From assembly GCA_019323575.1 (NCBI GenBank), contig JAHWHB010000048.1, positions 1 to 48,618 of the forward strand: a stretch of DNA of 48,618 bases, in the 5' to 3' direction. Both the position numbers and the translations under genes were made by a program. The notes under the pieces were generated by a model. It was given only the letters and a program-made list of their open reading frames with translations. It did no database searches and had not been told where the DNA came from. Of this stretch, positions 26,172-35,575 are shown piece after piece (the first letter of the stretch is position 1; the number at the start of each line of letters is the position of its first letter). The DNA is from Candidatus Woesearchaeota archaeon (GTDB taxonomy: Archaea; Nanobdellota; Nanobdellia; Woesearchaeales; ARS49).

Positions 26172-26183
26172 ACAAGGTGGAAA

Positions 26184-26519
26184 ATGCAAAGCATAAGAAC
26201 AAGAGGAAGGACATTCACCGGGACCGTAGTAGATGCAAAAATGCAGAAAACAGCAACAGTAGAATGGCCCAGAAGAAAGTTCATAAGAAAATACGAAAGA
26301 TACGAAACCTCAAAAACAAGCGTCAAAGCACACAATCCGGAAAACATAGACGCAAAAGAAGGAGACATAGTAAAAGTGATGGAAACAAGACCACTCAGCA
26401 AGACAAAACAATTCATAATCATAGAAAAAATCGGACACGAAAAACTGTTCGAAACAAAAGAAGAACTGAAAGAAGAATCAAAAGTAGTCAAGAGAGAGAA
26501 AGAAGATGAAAGGGCTTAA
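26184..26519 (+). CDS. rps17: 30S ribosomal protein S17 (uS17)
   Basis: 111 aa. GTVVDAKMQKTATVEW...EGDIVKVMETRPLSKTKQF, plus a K/E-rich tail. Confidence 0.95.
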   Translation: MQSIRTRGRTFTGTVVDAKMQKTATVEWPRRKFIRKYERYETSKTSVKAHNPENIDAKEGDIVKVMETRPLSKTKQFIIIEKIGHEKLFETKEELKEESKVVKREKEDERA

Positions 26520-26907
26520 AGCAAGCATAACAAGAGGACTCCCGCACACCGCGAACATAAACGCGTGCGACAACAGCGGAGCAAGAATACTGCGCATAAT
26601 CAGCGTGAAAACCGCAAAGACCGTAAAAGGAAGAAAACCAACCGCGGCAATCGGCGATTACGTAATGTGTTCAGTAGTCCAAGGAAAACCAGAAATGAGA
26701 AAACAAGTGGTCCCGGCAGTAATAGTAAGGCAGAGAATGCCATACAAACGCCCAGACGGCACAAGAATAAAGTTTGAAGATAATGCCGCAGTTGTCATCA
26801 AAGACGAACTCGGAAACCCAAAAGGAACAATGATCAAAGGACCAATAGCCAAAGAGGCAGCGGACAGGTGGCCTCTAGTAGCTAAAATTGCGAGCACGAT
26901 AATATGA
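26506..26907 (+). CDS. rpl14: 50S ribosomal protein L14 (uL14)
   Basis: 133 aa. ACDNSGARILRIISV. Confidence 0.95.
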   Translation: MKGLKASITRGLPHTANINACDNSGARILRIISVKTAKTVKGRKPTAAIGDYVMCSVVQGKPEMRKQVVPAVIVRQRMPYKRPDGTRIKFEDNAAVVIKDELGNPKGTMIKGPIAKEAADRWPLVAKIASTII

Positions 26908-27272
26908 AATGGAACACAACCTGGAAAGGAAGCAAGAAACCAACAAAACAGCGCAACTACGTAAAAAAAGCGCCAATCCACATAAGAAATACGCTGTTGG
27001 GAAGCCACCTATCAAAAGACCTAATAAAAAAACTCAAAACAAGATCATTAAGAGCAAGAAAAGGAGACAAAGTCAAAGTAATCAGAGGCCAACACAAAGG
27101 AAAAACAGGAACAATAGACAGAGTAAACACAAAACGAGCAAAAATATACGTAACAGGAGTAGAATTCACGAAAAAAGACGGAAGCAAAGCAATGTACCCA
27201 GTACACCCGTCAAACCTAATCATCACAGAGATACAATCAGACAAAAGAAGACTGCAAGGTGAAAAGAAATGA
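26904..27272 (+). CDS. rpl24: 50S ribosomal protein L24 (uL24)
   Basis: 122 aa. KOW motif KGDKVKVIRGQHKGKTGTIDRV. Confidence 0.95.
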   Translation: MKWNTTWKGSKKPTKQRNYVKKAPIHIRNTLLGSHLSKDLIKKLKTRSLRARKGDKVKVIRGQHKGKTGTIDRVNTKRAKIYVTGVEFTKKDGSKAMYPVHPSNLIITEIQSDKRRLQGEKK

Positions 27273-27943
27273 GTCATTTGAAAACATACGCGGCGCCAAA
27301 AAGCTGGAACATCCTGAGAAAAACACACAAGTGGATACTAAGACCACAACCAGGAGCACACCCACTAGAAATAACAATACCAGTAGGCCTGCTATTAAGA
27401 GAAAAAGACTTCGGAAAAACAAGAAGAGAGATAAAACAAATTCTAAACGACAAAGCAGTCACAATCGACGGAAAAATCGTAAAAGACCTGCACTACGGAG
27501 TAGGATTCATGGACGTCATAACAGTAAAACCAAACACAATACTCAGATGCAGCATAGACCAAAAAGGAAGACTTGAATTCATAGAAATATCAAAAGAAGA
27601 AGCCAACAAAAAACTATGCAAAATCATAGGAAAGAAAACAGCCAGAGGAAACAAAATACAGTACAGCCTCTCTGACGGAAGAAATATACTGGCAGAAAAA
27701 AGCCAATACAAAACAGGAGATGCACTCTTAATCGAAGTGCCAAGCCAGAAAATACTGGAACACATACCATTAGAAAAAGGAATTTCTGTATTTTTAACAG
27801 GCGGAAGCAACATCAGAACAATAGGAACAATCCAAGAAATCAAAGGAAACAAAATCACACTCACAAAAGACAAAGAAACAATTGAATCCGACAAAAAATT
27901 CGCACTAGCAATAGGAAAAGAAAAACCGGCAATAAAACTATGA
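27269..27943 (+). CDS. rps4e: 30S ribosomal protein S4e (eS4)
   Basis: 224 aa. MSHLKTYAAPKSWNILRKTHKWILRPQPGAHP. Confidence 0.95.
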   Translation: MSHLKTYAAPKSWNILRKTHKWILRPQPGAHPLEITIPVGLLLREKDFGKTRREIKQILNDKAVTIDGKIVKDLHYGVGFMDVITVKPNTILRCSIDQKGRLEFIEISKEEANKKLCKIIGKKTARGNKIQYSLSDGRNILAEKSQYKTGDALLIEVPSQKILEHIPLEKGISVFLTGGSNIRTIGTIQEIKGNKITLTKDKETIESDKKFALAIGKEKPAIKL

Positions 27944-28455
27944 ACCAAATGCAAACCCCGCGGATAGAGAAAATCACGCTCAACGTAGGAGCAGGAAAAG
28001 ACCAAACCAGACTAGAAAAAGGAGTTGCAGTACTAAAAATGATAACAGGAATAGAGCCGATGAAAACAGTCACAAGCAAAAGAATACCAACCTGGGGATT
28101 AAGACCAGGACTGCCAATAGGATGCAAACTAACACTAAGAAAAACGAAAGCATCAGAAGTGCTAAAAAGACTACTAGAGGCGAAAAACAACAAATTACAA
28201 CCATCACAATTCGATGAAGCAGGAAACATAAGCTTCGGAATACACGAATACATCGACATACCAGGAGTAACCTACGACCCAAAAATAGGAGTACTGGGCC
28301 TGCAGGTATGCGTAACACTAGAAAGACCCGGATACAGAATAAAAAGAAGAAGACTTGAAACAAAAAAAATATGCAAAAAACAAATGATAAGCAAAGAAGA
28401 AGCAATGAGTTTCATGCAAAAACAATTCAACGTAACAATAGGTGATCAATCATGA
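27940..28455 (+). CDS. rpl5: 50S ribosomal protein L5 (uL5)
   Basis: 171 aa. [13 protein letters not shown] and [11 protein letters not shown]. Confidence 0.95.
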   Translation: MNQMQTPRIEKITLNVGAGKDQTRLEKGVAVLKMITGIEPMKTVTSKRIPTWGLRPGLPIGCKLTLRKTKASEVLKRLLEAKNNKLQPSQFDEAGNISFGIHEYIDIPGVTYDPKIGVLGLQVCVTLERPGYRIKRRRLETKKICKKQMISKEEAMSFMQKQFNVTIGDQS

Positions 28456-28682
28456 CAACAAGCGATTGGAAAAAAGTATTCAAACAACTCAAGGCAAAAC
28501 CCGTCAAGCTAAAGAAATACATAAAACACAACGCTCCAAAAGAAAGAAAGACAGGACAGGCACTAAAAAGGTGCATAAGGTGCGGAAGATTCGGAGGACA
28601 CATCTCAAAATACAGACTAGAACTATGCAGGTGCTGTTTCAGAGAGATTGCAACCAACATAGGATTCAAAAAATACAGTTGA
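28452..28682 (+). CDS. rps14: 30S ribosomal protein S14 (uS14, zinc type) with an N-terminal extension
   Basis: 76 aa. [26 protein letters not shown]. Confidence 0.9.
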   Translation: MTTSDWKKVFKQLKAKPVKLKKYIKHNAPKERKTGQALKRCIRCGRFGGHISKYRLELCRCCFREIATNIGFKKYS

Positions 28683-28691
28683 GGAAAAAAA

Positions 28692-29081
28692 ATGTTAAAT
28701 GACCCATTAGCAAACGTAATGTCGGCAATAATAACGCATGAAAAACGCGGAAAGAAAGAATTCATAGTCCATCCAGTCAGCAAAACAATCAGAAGAATAC
28801 TCACAATAATGCAGGAGCGCGGATATGTAGGCGCGCTTGAAGAAGTCAGCGAAGGAAGAGGCGGATTTGCAAAACTGAATCTCCTTGGAAACGTCAACAA
28901 GTGCGGAGTAATCAAGCCAAGATTCGCAGTAAAAACATTCGAATTCCAGAAATTCGAAAAAAGATACCTGCCTGCGAACGGAGTGGGAATCCTGCTGGTA
29001 AGCACACCAAAAGGAATAATGACACACGACCAGGCAAGAGAAAAAGGAACAGGAGGAAGGCTAATCGCCTACTGTTACTAA
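28692..29081 (+). CDS. rps8: 30S ribosomal protein S8 (uS8)
   Basis: 129 aa. MLNDPLANVMSAIITHEKRGKKE. Confidence 0.95.
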   Translation: MLNDPLANVMSAIITHEKRGKKEFIVHPVSKTIRRILTIMQERGYVGALEEVSEGRGGFAKLNLLGNVNKCGVIKPRFAVKTFEFQKFEKRYLPANGVGILLVSTPKGIMTHDQAREKGTGGRLIAYCY

Positions 29082-29632
29082 TGAAAGAATCGATACAAGA
29101 AGAAATACAAACGCCGAATGAAGTAACGGCAACAGCAAAAGACAACACAATAACAATCAAAGGACCAAAAGGAGAAGTGCAAAGAACACTCAAAGAACCA
29201 AGCATAAAACTCAAAACAGAAAACAACACAATAAAAATAACATGCAAAAAAGGAACAAAAAGACAGAAGAGAGTAATCAACTCATTTGCAGCACATATTG
29301 AAAACATGATAAAAGGAGTACAGGAACCATACAAATACGTATTAAAGATATGCAGCGGCCATTTCCCAATGAACGTATCAGTAAACGGAGACAAACTAAT
29401 CATAAAGAACTTTTTAGGAGAAAAAAGCCCTAGAACACTCACACTCAAGAAAGGAGCAGATGTAAAAATAGACGGAGAAATAATAACAGTAGAAAGCCCG
29501 AACAAAGAGCTAGCCGGACAGGTGGCAAGCGACATTGAACTCCTAACAGCAAAAACAAACAGGGACCTGCGAGTATTCCAAGATGGAATATACCTGGTAG
29601 AAAAAGCAGGAAACAAAGTAATAGAAACATGA
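29081..29632 (+). CDS. rpl6: 50S ribosomal protein L6 (uL6)
   Basis: 183 aa from the ATG at 29081 (TAATG overlap with the S8 stop). ITIKGPKGEVQRTL. The upstream part of track ORF 28901-29632 is rejected. Confidence 0.93.
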   Translation: MKESIQEEIQTPNEVTATAKDNTITIKGPKGEVQRTLKEPSIKLKTENNTIKITCKKGTKRQKRVINSFAAHIENMIKGVQEPYKYVLKICSGHFPMNVSVNGDKLIIKNFLGEKSPRTLTLKKGADVKIDGEIITVESPNKELAGQVASDIELLTAKTNRDLRVFQDGIYLVEKAGNKVIET

Positions 29633-30180
29633 TAACCAAAAAAACACTCGAACTGAGAAAGGAAATCAGCAAAAGAAGACCAAAATTCATACAACAAGAT
29701 ACACAAAAACGCAAAGAGATCAAAAAAGTATGGAGAAAGCCGAAAGGCATGCACAGCAAGATACGCCTAAAAATATGGGGAAGGCCGGCAGCTGTAAATG
29801 AAGGATACAGAGGACCAAAAATCACAAGAGGGGCTCATTCAACCGGATTAATGCCAATAACAATATACAACGTAAAGCAGCTTGAAGGCTTAGACCCAAA
29901 AACACAAGGAGTAATAACAGGCCACATAGGCGACAAAAAGAAAATAGCACTGATAAACAAGTGCAAAGAAAAAGGGCTCACAATACTAAACATCAAAAAC
30001 GCTGAAGAGAAAATAAAACAGATAACCGACAAAATCGCGGCTAGAAAAGAATCAAAGAAAGAAGTCAAAAAGACAAAAGAAGAAAAAACAAAGGCAAAAG
30101 CAGAACCAAAGAAAGAAGAGCCAAAAACAAAAGAACAAGAGAGAAGAGAGGCAGAAAAAATACTAACGAAGAAGGATTAA
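29629..30180 (+). CDS. rpl32e: 50S ribosomal protein L32e (eL32) with a ~55-aa K/E-rich C-terminal extension
   Basis: 183 aa. RRPKFIQQD...WRKPKGMHSKIR. The tail reads KESKKEVKKTKEEKTKAKAEPKKEEPKTKEQERREAEK. Confidence 0.93.
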   Translation: MITKKTLELRKEISKRRPKFIQQDTQKRKEIKKVWRKPKGMHSKIRLKIWGRPAAVNEGYRGPKITRGAHSTGLMPITIYNVKQLEGLDPKTQGVITGHIGDKKKIALINKCKEKGLTILNIKNAEEKIKQITDKIAARKESKKEVKKTKEEKTKAKAEPKKEEPKTKEQERREAEKILTKKD

Positions 30181-30181
30181 A

Positions 30182-30625
30182 ATGGAACTACAAAAAAGAC
30201 TAGCAGCGGACATACTCAAATGCGGACCAAAACGCATAAGGTTTGACCCGGAAAAACTCTCTGAAATAAAGGAAGCCATAACAAAATTCGACGTCCAAAG
30301 ACTCATAAAAAAAGGAACAATAACAAAATTACAATCAAAAGGAGTAAGCAGGGCAAGAGCCAAAAAAATCCAGGTACAGAAGAGAAAGAAAAGAAGAAAA
30401 GGATACGGCTCAAGAAAAGGAACAGCGAAAGCACGCAGAAACCCAAAAACAACATGGATAAACGCAGTAAGAGCGCAAAGAGAACTCCTCAAAAAACTCC
30501 GTGCAAAAAACCTAATAGAAAAATCAGCATTCAGAACCTTGTATACAAAAGTAAAAGGCGGATTTTTCAGAAGCACAAAACACATCAAGATATACATAGA
30601 AGAACAGGACATGATTAAAAAATGA
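30182..30625 (+). CDS. rpl19e: 50S ribosomal protein L19e (eL19)
   Basis: 147 aa. LQKRLAADILKCGPKRIRFDP. Confidence 0.95.
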   Translation: MELQKRLAADILKCGPKRIRFDPEKLSEIKEAITKFDVQRLIKKGTITKLQSKGVSRARAKKIQVQKRKKRRKGYGSRKGTAKARRNPKTTWINAVRAQRELLKKLRAKNLIEKSAFRTLYTKVKGGFFRSTKHIKIYIEEQDMIKK

Positions 30626-31191
30626 AAAAAACAACATCAGTACCATACAGAAGAAAACGCGAAGGAAGAACAGACTACAAGAAAAGAATGAAACTCCTAC
30701 TAGGCAGCAAACCAAGGCTAACAGTAAGAAAAAGCCTGAAACACATAGTATTGCAACTGATCGAGTTCCAGCCAAATGGAGACAAAATAATAATATCTGC
30801 AAGCTCAAAAGAATTACAAAAAAAAGGATGGAAAGGAAGCACAGGAAACACAAGCGCAGCATACCTGACAGGACTGCTCCTGGCAAAAAAAGCAAAGAAA
30901 AAAATCGAATGCGTGCTGGACCTGGGACAATACACAAGCGTGAAAGGAACAATACTATACGCAGCAGCAAAAGGTGCAAAAGACGGCGGAATGACAATAT
31001 CAATATCAGATGAAGTAATCCCAGACGAGAAAAGAATAAGAGGAGAACACATCGCAAATTACGCAAAAAAACTAAAAGAAAACAAAGAGAAATACGAAAA
31101 ACAATTTTCAAAATACCTAAAACAAAATTTCGATCCGGAAACGCTTCCGCAACACTTTGACACAATCAAGAAAGCAATAGGTGGACAATGA
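30622..31191 (+). CDS. rpl18: 50S ribosomal protein L18 (uL18)
   Basis: 189 aa. PYRRKREGRTDYKKRMKLL. Confidence 0.95.
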   Translation: MKKTTSVPYRRKREGRTDYKKRMKLLLGSKPRLTVRKSLKHIVLQLIEFQPNGDKIIISASSKELQKKGWKGSTGNTSAAYLTGLLLAKKAKKKIECVLDLGQYTSVKGTILYAAAKGAKDGGMTISISDEVIPDEKRIRGEHIANYAKKLKENKEKYEKQFSKYLKQNFDPETLPQHFDTIKKAIGGQ

Positions 31192-31988
31192 ACAAGGAAA
31201 CAAAACCAGCAGAAGAAGAAGAAAAACTTGAAGTTGAAAAAGACGTAATAACAGAAATCCCAGAAATAGAAGCAGAAACAAAACCAAAAATAAAGATAGA
31301 CATAGAAGGATGGACGCCAAAAACGGGACTGGGCAAGAAAGTCAAAAACGGAGAGATAACAGAAATAGACCAAATACTTGACAAAGGGCTCCCAATACTT
31401 GAAGAACAAATAGTAGACATTCTAATGCCAGCTGTACAATCAGAACTGCTAATGATAGGACAAAGCAAAGGAAAATTCGGAGGAGGATCACGAAGAATCT
31501 TCAAACAAACGCAGAAAAAAACACCTGAAGGAAACAAACCAAGCTTTGCCTGCATGGCAGTAGTAGGAAACGAAGACGGATACGTCGGAGTAGGTTACGG
31601 AAAAAGCAAAGACACAGTGCCAGCAAGAGAAAAAGCAATCAGAAACGCAAAACTCAACATATTCAAAATAAGAAGAGGAGCAGGAAGCTGGGAAGACGCA
31701 ACAAGCGAGCCGCACAGCATACCCTGGACAGTAGAAGGAAGATGCGGCTCAGTCAGAATCAAACTAATGCCCGCACCAAAAGGAAAAGGACTAGTCATAG
31801 AGAAAGAATGCGGAAAAATACTCAAGCTGGCAGGAATAGAAAGCGTATACAGCAAAACATTCGGACAGACAAGAGCAAAAGTAAACATGATAGAAGCATG
31901 CATGAAGGCGCTCAAACAACTAAACGCATTCAGACCAAGACCAGAACACACCAAAAACGTATACATGATTGAAGGAAGGAAACAATGA
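31188..31988 (+). CDS. rps5: 30S ribosomal protein S5 (uS5) with an acidic N-terminal extension
   Basis: 266 aa. VVGNEDGYVGVGYGKSKDTVPAREKAIRNAK. Confidence 0.95.
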   Translation: MNKETKPAEEEEKLEVEKDVITEIPEIEAETKPKIKIDIEGWTPKTGLGKKVKNGEITEIDQILDKGLPILEEQIVDILMPAVQSELLMIGQSKGKFGGGSRRIFKQTQKKTPEGNKPSFACMAVVGNEDGYVGVGYGKSKDTVPAREKAIRNAKLNIFKIRRGAGSWEDATSEPHSIPWTVEGRCGSVRIKLMPAPKGKGLVIEKECGKILKLAGIESVYSKTFGQTRAKVNMIEACMKALKQLNAFRPRPEHTKNVYMIEGRKQ

Positions 31989-32326
31989 AAATAGCAATAA
32001 TAAGAGTAAGAGGACAAGTAAGAATACCCGGACCAGTAACACACGCTTTCAAACTACTTGGGCTAAACAAGAAAAACCATTGCACAATCTTAGAAGAAAC
32101 ACCACAACTAAAAGGAACCCTACAAGTAATAGAACCATTCGCAACATGGGGGCCAGTGGATGAGAAAACACTCGCAGAATTACAGAAAAAGAAAGGAAAA
32201 ATAATCAGACTAAACCCTCCAAGAAAAGGATACGGAAGAAAAGGAGTAAAAATACCCTTCAAGCTGGGAGGAGCATACGGAAACAGAGCAGAAAAAATCA
32301 ACGATTTAATCATGAGGATGTTATAA
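31985..32326 (+). CDS. rpl30: 50S ribosomal protein L30 (uL30)
   Basis: 113 aa. IAIIRVRGQVRIPGPVTHAFKLLGLNKKNHC. Confidence 0.93.
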   Translation: MKIAIIRVRGQVRIPGPVTHAFKLLGLNKKNHCTILEETPQLKGTLQVIEPFATWGPVDEKTLAELQKKKGKIIRLNPPRKGYGRKGVKIPFKLGGAYGNRAEKINDLIMRML

Positions 32327-32328
32327 AA

Positions 32329-32757
32329 ATGACAGTCAAAAGAAGAAAAAAACACACACGAGCGCACAACACGCACGGGTGGGGCAGAAACAAACACCGC
32401 AAGTCAGGCTCAAGAGGCGGCTACGGAATGGCAGGAACAGGAAAAAAAGCAGAAACACTAAAAACAAAAATCTGGCGCGAAGACTACTTCGGAAAACACG
32501 GATTCGTATGTAAAACATCCAAACAAGAAAAAGCAATCACGCTAAAAGACATAGAAGACAAAACACCACTATGGCTAAAACAAAAGAAAATAAAAGAAGA
32601 AGCAGGAAGCATAGTAATCGACCTTAAAATTCTAGGATACAATAAACTATTAGGAACCGGAAAGCTCACAAGAAAAACAAAAATAATTGTACCAAAGGCA
32701 GTGCCACGTGCTGCAGAGAAAATAAAAGCAGCAGGTGGCGAACTGGTGACAAAATGA
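32329..32757 (+). CDS. rpl15: 50S ribosomal protein L15 (uL15)
   Basis: 142 aa. HGWGRNKHRKSGSRGGYGMAG. Confidence 0.95.
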   Translation: MTVKRRKKHTRAHNTHGWGRNKHRKSGSRGGYGMAGTGKKAETLKTKIWREDYFGKHGFVCKTSKQEKAITLKDIEDKTPLWLKQKKIKEEAGSIVIDLKILGYNKLLGTGKLTRKTKIIVPKAVPRAAEKIKAAGGELVTK

Positions 32758-34145
32758 GCTTATGGGAAAAAATACTATTAAACCTACCTGAAGTCAGCCA
32801 CCCAACACAAAGGAAGCTGTCATTCAAAGAAAAACTCAAATGGACAGGCATAATACTGGTATTATTCTTCATACTCGGACTAGTGCCATTATTCGGACTA
32901 GGACAAAACGCACTGCAAAGATTCGAGCTACTATCAATCATCCTAGGAGCAAGCTTTGGAAGCATAATCTCACTAGGAATCGGACCAATAGTCACAGCAA
33001 GCATAGTATTGCAGCTATTAAACGGAAGCGGACTAGTCAAATTTGACTTATCAACAAAAGAAGGAAAACAAAGATTCCAAGGACTACAAAAAATACTATC
33101 AGTATTCTTCATCGTCTTTGAATCAGCAATCTACGTATTCATGGGAGGACTAGCACCCCCAGAAGCACTCGGCGGAACAATGCTATACTTCCAACTAGAA
33201 CTTCTTTTGATATTCCAACTAATACTAGGCGGACTACTAATCATGTTCATGGACGAAGTAACAACAAAATGGGGATTCGGCTCAGGAGTAAGCCTGTTCA
33301 TCGCAGCAGGAGTCTCACAGTCACTTTTCATCAGAATACTATCGCCACTACCATCACCAACAAACCCAAGCATAGCAACAGGAGCAATACCCGCACTATT
33401 CCAAAGCCTAGCAGCAGGAGACCCACAAACAGCAATGCTCATGATGGCAGGCATACTATCAACAGCAATAGTATTCGTAATGGCAGTCTACTCACAAGCA
33501 ATGAAAGTAGAAATCCCACTATCCTTCGGAAGAATACGAGGCCACGGCATCAGATGGCCACTACACTTCATCTACACATCAAACATCCCCGTAATTTTGA
33601 TTAGCGCTCTATTAGCAAACGTACAACTATGGGCGAGACTACTACAAAACTGGGGATTCCCACTACTAGGAACATTCTCAGGAAACTCACCAGCAACAGG
33701 GTTTGTAGCATGGGTAACACCACCAGACCTAGTAGGAAGCCTGATAAGAGGAGGACTCACATTCGGAACAGTACTACAAGGACTAGCATACATGCTCTTC
33801 ATGATAGTAGGAGCAGTCATATTCTCCTGGTTCTGGGTGCAAACATCAGGAATGGACGCAAGAAGCCAGGCAAAACAAATAATGTCATCAGGACTACAAA
33901 TCCCAGGATTCAGAAAAGACGAAAGAGTACTAGAAAGACTACTGCAAAGATATATCGGACCATTAACAATAATGGGAGCAATAGCAGTAGGAATACTGGC
34001 AGCACTGGCAGACATCAGCGGAGCACTAACACACGGAACAAGCCTATTGCTATCAGTAATGATAATCTACAGATTATATGAAGACATAGCCAGACAACAC
34101 TTGATGGACATGAACCCAATGCTAAGAAAGTTCATGGGAGGATAA
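32754..34145 (+). CDS. secY: Preprotein translocase subunit SecY
   Basis: 463 aa, 10-TM pattern. Lies directly after L15, as in all archaea. Confidence 0.95.
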   Translation: MSLWEKILLNLPEVSHPTQRKLSFKEKLKWTGIILVLFFILGLVPLFGLGQNALQRFELLSIILGASFGSIISLGIGPIVTASIVLQLLNGSGLVKFDLSTKEGKQRFQGLQKILSVFFIVFESAIYVFMGGLAPPEALGGTMLYFQLELLLIFQLILGGLLIMFMDEVTTKWGFGSGVSLFIAAGVSQSLFIRILSPLPSPTNPSIATGAIPALFQSLAAGDPQTAMLMMAGILSTAIVFVMAVYSQAMKVEIPLSFGRIRGHGIRWPLHFIYTSNIPVILISALLANVQLWARLLQNWGFPLLGTFSGNSPATGFVAWVTPPDLVGSLIRGGLTFGTVLQGLAYMLFMIVGAVIFSWFWVQTSGMDARSQAKQIMSSGLQIPGFRKDERVLERLLQRYIGPLTIMGAIAVGILAALADISGALTHGTSLLLSVMIIYRLYEDIARQHLMDMNPMLRKFMGG

Positions 34146-34883
34146 ATGGCATTTTTTACATCATTTTTTGACACAACATTCGGATTCCTTCTAAACTGGA
34201 ACCCAATATACGCAATAACAGTCATCTCATTCATAATTTCTCTGTTGATAGTCATAATCTACAAGTACATGACAAACCAAAAAGAGATGAAAGAACTCAA
34301 AGAAAAACAAAAAGAATACCAGAAAAAAATGAAGGAGACAAAAGACACAGAGAAACTCATGAAAATACAAAAAGAAGCAATGGCATTAAACATGAAATAC
34401 ATGGGAAAAAGCATGAAGCCTACTCTGATCACATTCATTCCGATATTACTAATCTTTGGCTGGATGAACGCGCACTTCGCATACATGCCGTTAATGCCAG
34501 GCCAAGAATTCAACATCACAGCCCAAATGGAAAAAGGAATCACAGGAAGCATAACAATAAACGTACCAGAAGGACTAGAAATAATAGGAGAAAATACAAA
34601 AGAAATAACAGAAAGAGAAGCAACATTTACTTTAAAGGGAAAGGAAGGGGAGTATTACACAACACTAGCAAGCAACAACGAAGAAGTAGACAAACAAATA
34701 CTAATCACAACAGAGCCAAAATACGCACCAGTAACAGAAAGCTACAAAAGCGACGTGTTCAAAACAGTAAAACTAGAAAACAAACCCCTAAAAGTATGGT
34801 GGAAACTAGGCTGGATATGGGTCTACATAATAACAGCAATAGTATTCAGCATGCTATTAAGAAAATTAATGAAAGTATATTAA
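34146..34883 (+). CDS. DUF106 / archaeal YidC-Oxa1-EMC3-like insertase with a large loop insertion
   Basis: 245 aa. TM1, then a KEMKELKEKQKEYQKKMKE coiled coil, then TM2 (PTLITFIPILLIFGWMNAHF), then a ~110-aa hydrophilic insert, then the last TM (WIWVYIITAIVFSMLL). Sits in the conserved position after secY. Confidence 0.75.
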   Translation: MAFFTSFFDTTFGFLLNWNPIYAITVISFIISLLIVIIYKYMTNQKEMKELKEKQKEYQKKMKETKDTEKLMKIQKEAMALNMKYMGKSMKPTLITFIPILLIFGWMNAHFAYMPLMPGQEFNITAQMEKGITGSITINVPEGLEIIGENTKEITEREATFTLKGKEGEYYTTLASNNEEVDKQILITTEPKYAPVTESYKSDVFKTVKLENKPLKVWWKLGWIWVYIITAIVFSMLLRKLMKVY

Positions 34884-34908
34884 TTTCCATATAAAAAATA
34901 ATTCATTC

Positions 34909-34920
34909 TTATCGACGATA
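34909..34920. promoter_or_regulatory. Palindrome TTATCGACGATA, copy 1 (upstream of the tbp TATA boxes)
   Basis: Exact 12-mer whose core TATCGaCGATA is an 11-bp palindrome. It lies 11 nt upstream of atatataaa (34932-34940). An identical copy is at 35576-35587. Confidence 0.5.
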
Positions 34921-34993
34921 TAGCTACTTTGATATATAAATCAAAAAGTATTTAAACCAAACTCATTTTTAAAGCCAAATAGGGGGTATTAAC

Positions 34994-35557
34994 ATGGCAA
35001 AGAAGAAAGAAACTTCTCAACGAGAAATAAAAGTGGTGAACATAGTAGTAAGCGCATCACTGGGACACGACATACCATTAGAAAAAATGGCAGCAACACT
35101 ATCAAACACAGAATACAACCCAGAACAATTCCCAGGACTAGTAATAAGAATAAAAGAACCAAAAACATCAGCTTTAATCTTCAGCTCAGGCAAAATAGTA
35201 TGCACAGGAGCAAGAAGCATGGACAAAGTCCACGAAAGCATCAGAAAAATCATAAAATCACTAGAAAAGATAAATGTAAAGATTAAGATTGAGCCACAGG
35301 TCAATATACAGAATATCGTTGCAGCAGGCTCAGTAGGAATGGACTTGAACCTGAACATCCTAGCAATGAAACTAGACAACACAGAATACGAGCCAGAACA
35401 ATTCCCAGGACTAGTGTACAAGCTACCTGAGCAGAAAGCAACATTCCTATTGTTCTCAAACGGAAAAATAGTCTGCACAGGAACAAAAAGCGAAGAAGAA
35501 GTAAACAGAGCACTAGACAAGCTCATAGAAAACCTGAAGAAAGTAAAACAGAAGTAA
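34994..35557 (+). CDS. tbp: TATA-box binding protein
   Basis: 187 aa. Two direct repeats, each with NxEYxPEQFPGLV(I/Y) and FSSGKIVCTGA / FSNGKIVCTGT. Confidence 0.95.
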   Translation: MAKKKETSQREIKVVNIVVSASLGHDIPLEKMAATLSNTEYNPEQFPGLVIRIKEPKTSALIFSSGKIVCTGARSMDKVHESIRKIIKSLEKINVKIKIEPQVNIQNIVAAGSVGMDLNLNILAMKLDNTEYEPEQFPGLVYKLPEQKATFLLFSNGKIVCTGTKSEEEVNRALDKLIENLKKVKQK

Positions 35558-35562
35558 AAATA

Positions 35563-35569
35563 TTTTTTT
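35563..35569 (+). terminator. Oligo-T tract after tbp
   Basis: A run of T7 begins 6 nt after the tbp stop. Archaeal termination typically uses oligo-T. Confidence 0.4.
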
Positions 35570-35575
35570 CTTTAT

